Source: Spirochaetes bacterium GWF1_51_8
GTDB lineage: Bacteria; Spirochaetota; Brevinematia; Brevinematales; GWF1-51-8
Reading direction: 5' to 3'
Length of the DNA: 64,000 nucleotides
Assembly (NCBI GenBank): GCA_001829415.1
Contig: MIBE01000070.1
Span: 45,041 to 109,040 of the forward strand
In this document: positions 58,569 through 64,000 of the stretch, one piece after another
How the letters are laid out: every line of letters starts with the position of its first letter
Position numbering within the stretch: position 1 is the stretch's first letter
Translations under genes and position numbers: made by a program
Notes under the pieces: model-generated
The model's input: only the letters and a program-made list of their open reading frames with translations
What the model was told of the DNA's origin: nothing
The model's database searches: none

Positions 58569-60512
58569 ATGGCTAGTCTGATACCTCCGCAGGGACAGGG
58601 CGAACTCCGGAAAGCGGGGTTGTTTGCCCGTTTTCTGGCTGCGACAATCGACGGGATTATTCTTTTCTTCTTCAGCCCGTTAGTGAACGGTATTTTTACC
58701 GGCAGCTTCAGCTTCGGTATACAAACAAATACAGCTTCCGGCGGTTCGGTTCTTTACGTTTTAGTCTATTTGTTGATTGCGATTGCATACTTTGCAATAA
58801 TGGAAAGCTCCGCGTATCAGGCTACAATCGGCAAGATGCTTGCCGGGATATATGTGGCCGATAAAGACACGAACGGGAGACCAAAACTCCTTTCCGTTCT
58901 TATCCGCGCCGCCATGAGAACTCTTACCGGATGGTTCGGTTTTCTCGGGCTTTTCTTATCGAAAGATAAACGCACATTGCACGATATCGCCGCCGGGACG
59001 AATGTTTACCGGCTCGAGGATAAAAAGGACGAGAAGCTCTTCGATTCGTTATATCCCCGAGGATACGAACCCTATCATTTCCGCTGGTTCGACTACGCCA
59101 TCGCGTTTATGCTTTTAATTATTACCTCAATCGGATACATACAGACCCTTTCGCCGTCGGTCTGCGCCGGCGACTCCGGGGAATTGACCACCGCCGTATA
59201 TGATATGGGGGCGTGTCATCCGCCCGGATACCCGATCTACGGGGTTATCGGGAAATTGTTCACCTTCCTGCCCTTCGGGGATATCGCTTATCGGGTGAAC
59301 CTTTTCTCGGCGATCTCCGCCGCGGTATCGGTGTTTTTCCTTTACTTATTCCTTGTCAAACTCCTGGGTCTGAACCGCGACAGGAAGGAACTATCGCTCT
59401 CGGTGCATATCCCGGCCATCGCGGGATCGATCCTGTTCGCGTTCTCGGCCACATTATGGTCGCAGGCGGTGATCGGGGAAGTGTACGCGCTCAATACGGC
59501 GCTTGTTTCCGCGCTGTTGTTTGTCATGATCCAATGGTATGAGGAAATGGTCTATTTCCGCAAAGAGAAGACACTTCATTTCGCCGAACGGGGCACGTTA
59601 CTGCTCGCGTTCGTGATGGGCCTGTCGCTGACAGACCATCAACTGCCGTTGTGGTACATCGTGACATGGGCGATTGTGCTTGTGGTAATCACGATGCTGA
59701 TCCTTGTGTCCGAACGCCCGCGCGATTTCATCAATCAACTAAAGAAAAGAGTCGGAGTGATCGTGATGCTTGTCATTGTGATGGGTATCGCGGCGTTCCT
59801 CTTCCTGAAACTCGCATATACGTCGAGGCTGATCCCGAAAATCTCGGATGCTCCTGATACCTTCTGGATTGTGTTCTCGATTTTGATCATACCGGTGTTC
59901 CTGACATTATACGTCCTTTATGCCAAGAAAGCGTATAAGGGCGAGGAAAACTGGGTCGACAGATTTCTCGAGATATTCATGCAGAGCTTTTGGCTCTTCC
60001 TGTTCGGGATGTCGATCTACGCATATCTCGTGATCCGCGCCATGGCAGTCGCGCCGTTACCCGAACCGAAACCGTTAAGCTGGGGCGACACGCAGACCCT
60101 CGATATTCTCTTCAACCACATGCTCCGCAAGCAGTACGGTCTCGGCGGAAGTAATGTCGCGAACTTCGGCGGGCAGGTGATGGCGGTGCTGGAACTGATA
60201 GTCAAACAATTCCACTGGATCAATATGATCTTCGCGGCGATCGGCATGGTCTATATGGCGATCAAAGAGAAGGTGTGGTTCCTCTATACGATGGTGTCGA
60301 CAGTGCTGTTCACGCTCGTGATGATCGCGTTCGTGAACTTCGAAGTCGATCCGCGCACGATGTCGTTCCAAGAAGTGATGTATATCCAGATGTTCCTGTT
60401 CATTGCCGTCTATATCGCGTTCGGCTACCAGTGCGTACTCGATATGACGAAAGGCATAAAAAAGTTTATCAGCGAAGCGAGACCCGCCTCAGCGGAGACG
60501 GAAGGGAACTGA
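58569..60512 (+). CDS. RDD-domain / DUF2723 (GT-C-like glycosyltransferase) fusion membrane protein
   Basis: The start follows an AAGGAG RBS. RDD: 'AGLFARFLAATIDGIILFF...RTLHDIAAGTNVY'. DUF2723: 'GDSGELTTAVYDMGACHPPGYPIYGVIGKLFTFLPFGDIAYRVNLFSA'. Confidence 0.75.
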   Translation: MASLIPPQGQGELRKAGLFARFLAATIDGIILFFFSPLVNGIFTGSFSFGIQTNTASGGSVLYVLVYLLIAIAYFAIMESSAYQATIGKMLAGIYVADKDTNGRPKLLSVLIRAAMRTLTGWFGFLGLFLSKDKRTLHDIAAGTNVYRLEDKKDEKLFDSLYPRGYEPYHFRWFDYAIAFMLLIITSIGYIQTLSPSVCAGDSGELTTAVYDMGACHPPGYPIYGVIGKLFTFLPFGDIAYRVNLFSAISAAVSVFFLYLFLVKLLGLNRDRKELSLSVHIPAIAGSILFAFSATLWSQAVIGEVYALNTALVSALLFVMIQWYEEMVYFRKEKTLHFAERGTLLLAFVMGLSLTDHQLPLWYIVTWAIVLVVITMLILVSERPRDFINQLKKRVGVIVMLVIVMGIAAFLFLKLAYTSRLIPKISDAPDTFWIVFSILIIPVFLTLYVLYAKKAYKGEENWVDRFLEIFMQSFWLFLFGMSIYAYLVIRAMAVAPLPEPKPLSWGDTQTLDILFNHMLRKQYGLGGSNVANFGGQVMAVLELIVKQFHWINMIFAAIGMVYMAIKEKVWFLYTMVSTVLFTLVMIAFVNFEVDPRTMSFQEVMYIQMFLFIAVYIAFGYQCVLDMTKGIKKFISEARPASAETEGN

Positions 60513-61309
60513 TGGGCATTGTAAAAAGATTTGCTAAATGGATACATAAAGTAATGCCGGACGGGGATTTTAAGCGAAAGCTGTCCGCGTTCGGCTACCG
60601 CAGGTTCTACGGCAAAGCCCTGAAGACTTACCGTTACGAAAAGGGAGTCTTCACGGCGGTGTTCCGTGACGGAATAGAGGTAAAAAGTATCGCCGATTTC
60701 GATCCCGAGGCGATCATCACGAACCTGCTGGATTGCCCTGTGGAAGAGGGATGGTCGGTGATGGACTGGGGCGGGCATTACGGCCTCGTGTCGGTCTATC
60801 TCTCGAAGAAGGTCGGCCCATCGGGTAAGGTGTTCGTGTTCGAAGCCGATCCCAAGAACTACGAAATATTAAAAAAGAATCTCGAGCTGAACGGTGTGAC
60901 CAACACGTTAGCGATCGAGAAGGGCGTATTCGACCAGACGGGCTTCCTTGAGTTTTACTCCGGCGGGGGCTATACCTCGTCGTTCCAGAAGACCGACTAT
61001 GTCGAACGCGATCAGGAGCGGTATGTTGTCGCGCGTGTGCCGGTGGTGTCGTTGGACGAAGCCGCCGCGGAGATCGGGCTCGACAGGCTGAACCTGATCA
61101 AGATCGATATCGAGGGTAGCGAGCTTCCCGCGCTGAAAGGCGCGAAGGCGTCGTTAGTGAAGTTCCACCCGTTGCTTCTCATCGAGACGCATGTCGTGAA
61201 CGGTGAGCCGACGGCGGATAACGTTATCGGGCTGTTAAAGACTGTGGGGTATGAAGATATTGTTGTGGAGAATACTTACTACGGATTACCTTTTATCCGT
61301 GCGATATAA
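60512..61309 (+). CDS. FkbM-family methyltransferase
   Basis: The ATG overlaps the upstream stop by 1 nt (TGATG). 'VMDWGGHYGLVSVYLSKKVGPSGKVFVFEADPKNYEILKKNL' and 'IKIDIEGSELPALKGA'. Confidence 0.8.
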   Translation: MGIVKRFAKWIHKVMPDGDFKRKLSAFGYRRFYGKALKTYRYEKGVFTAVFRDGIEVKSIADFDPEAIITNLLDCPVEEGWSVMDWGGHYGLVSVYLSKKVGPSGKVFVFEADPKNYEILKKNLELNGVTNTLAIEKGVFDQTGFLEFYSGGGYTSSFQKTDYVERDQERYVVARVPVVSLDEAAAEIGLDRLNLIKIDIEGSELPALKGAKASLVKFHPLLLIETHVVNGEPTADNVIGLLKTVGYEDIVVENTYYGLPFIRAI

Positions 61310-61341
61310 ACGACGAATAATGCGGAACGACGGGAGGTAGA

Positions 61342-61623
61342 ATGGCTTGGCAGATACTTGGAATACTGATTATGGTGGCAGTGGGCGCGTTATGCGGTAT
61401 CTATTATGTGAAGGTATTGAAGAAGCCGATGATCGGTCACCTGGCCGGCGGTATCATAATCGGCGTCATCGGAAGCGTATTGGGGGGATTTTTCTTAGGG
61501 ATGTTGGAACCGGTTTTCAAATGGTTAATTTCCAATCCTCCGCTGAATGTGAACTTTATCGCGACCTTCGCCGGCGCCCTGTTGTTGGTTTGGGTTTTTT
61601 CCCGAATCTCACATCAAGAATAA
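61342..61623 (+). CDS. GlsB/YeaQ/YmgE-family small membrane protein
   Basis: 93 aa with three or four Gly-rich TM helices, 'GGIIIGVIGSVLGGFFLG'. Confidence 0.75.
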   Translation: MAWQILGILIMVAVGALCGIYYVKVLKKPMIGHLAGGIIIGVIGSVLGGFFLGMLEPVFKWLISNPPLNVNFIATFAGALLLVWVFSRISHQE

Positions 61624-61643
61624 ACTGATTAAAGGAGCGGAAT

Positions 61644-62060
61644 ATGCCTAATGAAATGGATGATGTTAATGTGATGAATATCGCGCATCCTAAACCGCAG
61701 ATGGTTTCGAAGGACACCCCTTTGTTCAAGGCGGCGGATAAGATGCTCAGACTCAAAATTCACAGTGTCATTGTAGTCGATAACGAAGAAAGCGGGAAAC
61801 CGATGGGAGTTCTCTCCTCACTCGATATCGTGAAGACGGCGTTCCTTTCGACCGAAAAGGCGAAGAACCTCCCGGTCGGAAGCCTGATCGAAGGGCAGAA
61901 GCCTTATTTCGTATATCAGGAAGTTTCGGTTCGCGACGTCCTCAACCTGATGGTGGACAAAGGTGTCCGCAGTCTCCCGATCCTCAATGAAAAGGACAAG
62001 ATTTGCGGAATCATCACCATGTCCGACGTGATGCGTTTTGTGAAGGAAAAACTGGTCTAA
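61644..62060 (+). CDS. CBS-domain pair protein
   Basis: Two CBS motifs ('IHSVIVVDNEESGKPMGVLSSLDIV' and 'VRSLPILNEKDKICGIITMSDVM'). Confidence 0.8.
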   Translation: MPNEMDDVNVMNIAHPKPQMVSKDTPLFKAADKMLRLKIHSVIVVDNEESGKPMGVLSSLDIVKTAFLSTEKAKNLPVGSLIEGQKPYFVYQEVSVRDVLNLMVDKGVRSLPILNEKDKICGIITMSDVMRFVKEKLV

Positions 62061-62084
62061 CTTTTCGGGTATTTAGGAGTATTT

Positions 62085-64000
62085 ATGGCTAAGTATCTGG
62101 TCACCTCCGCGCTAATCTATGCAAATGGACCTATCCACTTGGGACATATGGCGGGGGCGTATTTGCCCGCCGACGTTTTCGTGCGTTTCAGGAGAATGAA
62201 CGGCGACGACGTCATTTTTATTTCCGGCACTGACGAACACGGAGTTCCGATAACGATCAGGGCCGAGAAGGAAGGCGTAACTCCCCGCGAGATCGTCGAC
62301 CGATACCATAAGATTACTCGCGACAGTTTTGCTCAGTTCGGAATTTCGTTCGATAACTACTCAGGCACCGCGCGTCTCAAGCATTATGAAATCTCCAGCA
62401 AGTTTTTCACCGATCTTTACCGGAACGGTCATATCATGCTCAAAGAGGAACAGCAATTCTACGACGAGGTTGCCGGGCGTTTTCTGCCCGACCGTTATGT
62501 AGAAGGGACTTGCCCTAAGTGCGCATACGAACGCGCGCGGGGCGATCAATGCGATAAATGCGGCTCGCTTCTGAACTCCCTCGAATTAATAAACCCAAAA
62601 AGCGTACTATCGAATGCAATCCCTATAGTTAAAAATACGACACACTGGTATCTCAAGCTCCAGGACTTCGAGAATAAGCTGATCGAATGGATCGAAGGCA
62701 ACAAGCACTGGAAGGACAATGTCCGGAAGTTCATCCTCGGTTGGATTCGGAAAGAGGGCCTTCACGAGAGGTCGATCACCCGCGATCTGGACTGGGGCGT
62801 CCCGGTGCCGTTACCCGAGGGCAAGGGAAAAGTCCTCTATGTCTGGTTCGACGCGCCGATAGGGTACATCTCCTCGACCGTCGAATGGGCGGAGCGTTCG
62901 GGCAAGCCCGACAAATGGAAGGACTACTGGTATGACAAGGACGCCAAGCTCGTCCATTTTATCGGCAAGGACAATATCCCGTTCCACGCCGTTATCTGGC
63001 CCGCGGTGCTGATGGGGCAGAACGACCCTTATCTTCTCCCCTACGACATCCCCGCGAACGAATACCTGACTCTCGAGGGCGATAAGATATCGACGTCGCT
63101 GAACTGGGCGATCTGGATCAACGAGTACCTCGAGTGCTTCCCGCCCGACCCGCTCCGTTACTACCTGGCCGCGAACGCGCCGGAGTCGAAGGACGCGGAC
63201 TTCTCATGGAAGTCGTTCCAAGAACGCAATAACGAGGAACTCGCGAACATCCTCGGCAACTTCGCGAACCGTTCGCTGACCTTTATCCAGAACCATCTGG
63301 ACGGGACAGTACCCGGCGGGGAATACTCGGCCGGAGATAAAGAAGCAATCAATAAAGTTTACAAACATATTAAAGAAATCACAGGGCTGTTTGCCAACTA
63401 CAAAGTCCGGGACGCGGCGAGAGTCCTGATGGATATCGCGCGTGTCGGGAACAAGTACTTCGACGAAACGAAACCGTGGGAACTGAAGAAGAGCGACCCG
63501 GCGCGGCTCGGGGCTGTGATGAATGTCTGCGCGAACATCCTGCGCGGGCTGGCTGTCGCGATGTACCCGATCCTGCCGTTCTCGGCGGAAAAGCTCTGGG
63601 CGATGCTCGGCGAGCCCGGCAAGCTGACCGACGAACGTTGGGATACCTGCACCGGCAAGACTGTCGAGGCGGGAAGGAAGCTCGGTAAACTCGAGATCCT
63701 TTTTGTGAAGTACGACGACGATGTCATCCAGCGCGAGATCGACAAGCTACATCAAAAATCCGCGCAGGCGAAACAAGGCGGGACGAAAATGGAAGAAACC
63801 GAAAAGAAAGAAACGGCCCCTTTGGTCAATATCGACGAGTTCAAGAAATTCGATATCCGGGTGGCGGAAATTGTGAGCGCGGAGCCTCTCGAGAAGTCGA
63901 AAAAGCTCATCAAGCTGAAAGTGAAAGTAGGCGATATCGAGAAGCAAATCCTCGCGGGGATCAAGGAATTCTACGATGCCTCGAACCTTGTCGGGAAAAA
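62085..64000 (+). CDS. metG: Methionyl-tRNA synthetase (3' end outside window)
   Basis: Not in the ORF track because no stop lies within the window. The ATG at 62085 follows a GGAG RBS. 'SALIYANGPIHLGHMAGAY' (HIGH), zinc knuckle 'CPKCAYERARGDQCDKCG', 'GDKISTS' (KMSKS-like) and the start of a C-terminal tRNA-binding domain 'FKKFDIRVAEIVSAEPLEKSKKLIKLKV'. Confidence 0.9.
   Translation, partial: MAKYLVTSALIYANGPIHLGHMAGAYLPADVFVRFRRMNGDDVIFISGTDEHGVPITIRAEKEGVTPREIVDRYHKITRDSFAQFGISFDNYSGTARLKHYEISSKFFTDLYRNGHIMLKEEQQFYDEVAGRFLPDRYVEGTCPKCAYERARGDQCDKCGSLLNSLELINPKSVLSNAIPIVKNTTHWYLKLQDFENKLIEWIEGNKHWKDNVRKFILGWIRKEGLHERSITRDLDWGVPVPLPEGKGKVLYVWFDAPIGYISSTVEWAERSGKPDKWKDYWYDKDAKLVHFIGKDNIPFHAVIWPAVLMGQNDPYLLPYDIPANEYLTLEGDKISTSLNWAIWINEYLECFPPDPLRYYLAANAPESKDADFSWKSFQERNNEELANILGNFANRSLTFIQNHLDGTVPGGEYSAGDKEAINKVYKHIKEITGLFANYKVRDAARVLMDIARVGNKYFDETKPWELKKSDPARLGAVMNVCANILRGLAVAMYPILPFSAEKLWAMLGEPGKLTDERWDTCTGKTVEAGRKLGKLEILFVKYDDDVIQREIDKLHQKSAQAKQGGTKMEETEKKETAPLVNIDEFKKFDIRVAEIVSAEPLEKSKKLIKLKVKVGDIEKQILAGIKEFYDASNLVGK

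Noticed and set aside
61347-61628. Alternative 93-aa ORF overlapping the GlsB/YeaQ/YmgE gene in another frame
   Set aside because: The 61342-61623 frame gives the characteristic Gly-rich TM pattern. The alternative frame gives an Arg/Gly-rich sequence with no features.

Overview
This is a gene-dense 64-kb chromosomal segment with about 61 protein genes on both strands. Core genes are about 55-57% GC in hand-counted 60-nt samples.

Recognisable content:
- the tail of a MoxR/DUF58 module, a CDF metal exporter, uvrC, a PilZ protein and nadC
- a multi-PAS histidine kinase and recO
- the [FeFe]-hydrogenase maturases hydE and hydG, 28 kb apart
- a flgN-like/flgK/flgL/fliW/csrA flagellar block, followed by a bactofilin and a STAS protein
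- dxr and the yggS-proC-yggT-DUF167 block
- a four-subunit 2-oxoacid:ferredoxin oxidoreductase
- a Dpm1-like GT2, batD and an Slt-type lytic transglycosylase
- a 903-aa GreA-domain protein, an RDD-DUF2723 fusion with an FkbM methyltransferase, and metG (3' end outside the window)

The flgK-flgL-fliW-csrA synteny, giant GreA, Bat genes, L-L-S-C lipobox and HydE/HydG suggest an anaerobic, flagellated, spirochaete-like bacterium. This is inference only.

I found no rRNA, tRNA, CRISPR array, transposase, integrase or recognisable multi-gene defence operon. Many genes carry near-consensus sigma70 promoters with exact 17-nt spacing.

Accessory material consists of three AT-rich type II toxin-antitoxin modules. 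One has a frameshifted vapC. Another is bracketed by perfect 32-bp direct repeats.

The most unusual feature is non-coding. Nearly every long spacer (about 4 kb in total) is assembled from a shared set of short hairpin-forming repeat modules. These include a three-copy composite palindrome family with a paired compensatory change, and one copy sits between flgL and fliW.

Other items worth a second look:
- a Q/G/P/N-rich protein encoded by 78-bp tandem repeats and overlapping recO
- a divergent, mostly synonymous tandem duplicate of the 3' end of a GlgD-like gene
- a histidine kinase whose membrane module is about 25-38% GC against about 57% for the rest of the gene
- a HydG with a shifted C-terminal cysteine motif and an overlapping small ORF

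I do not see a convincing new multi-gene system. Interest scores are set accordingly.
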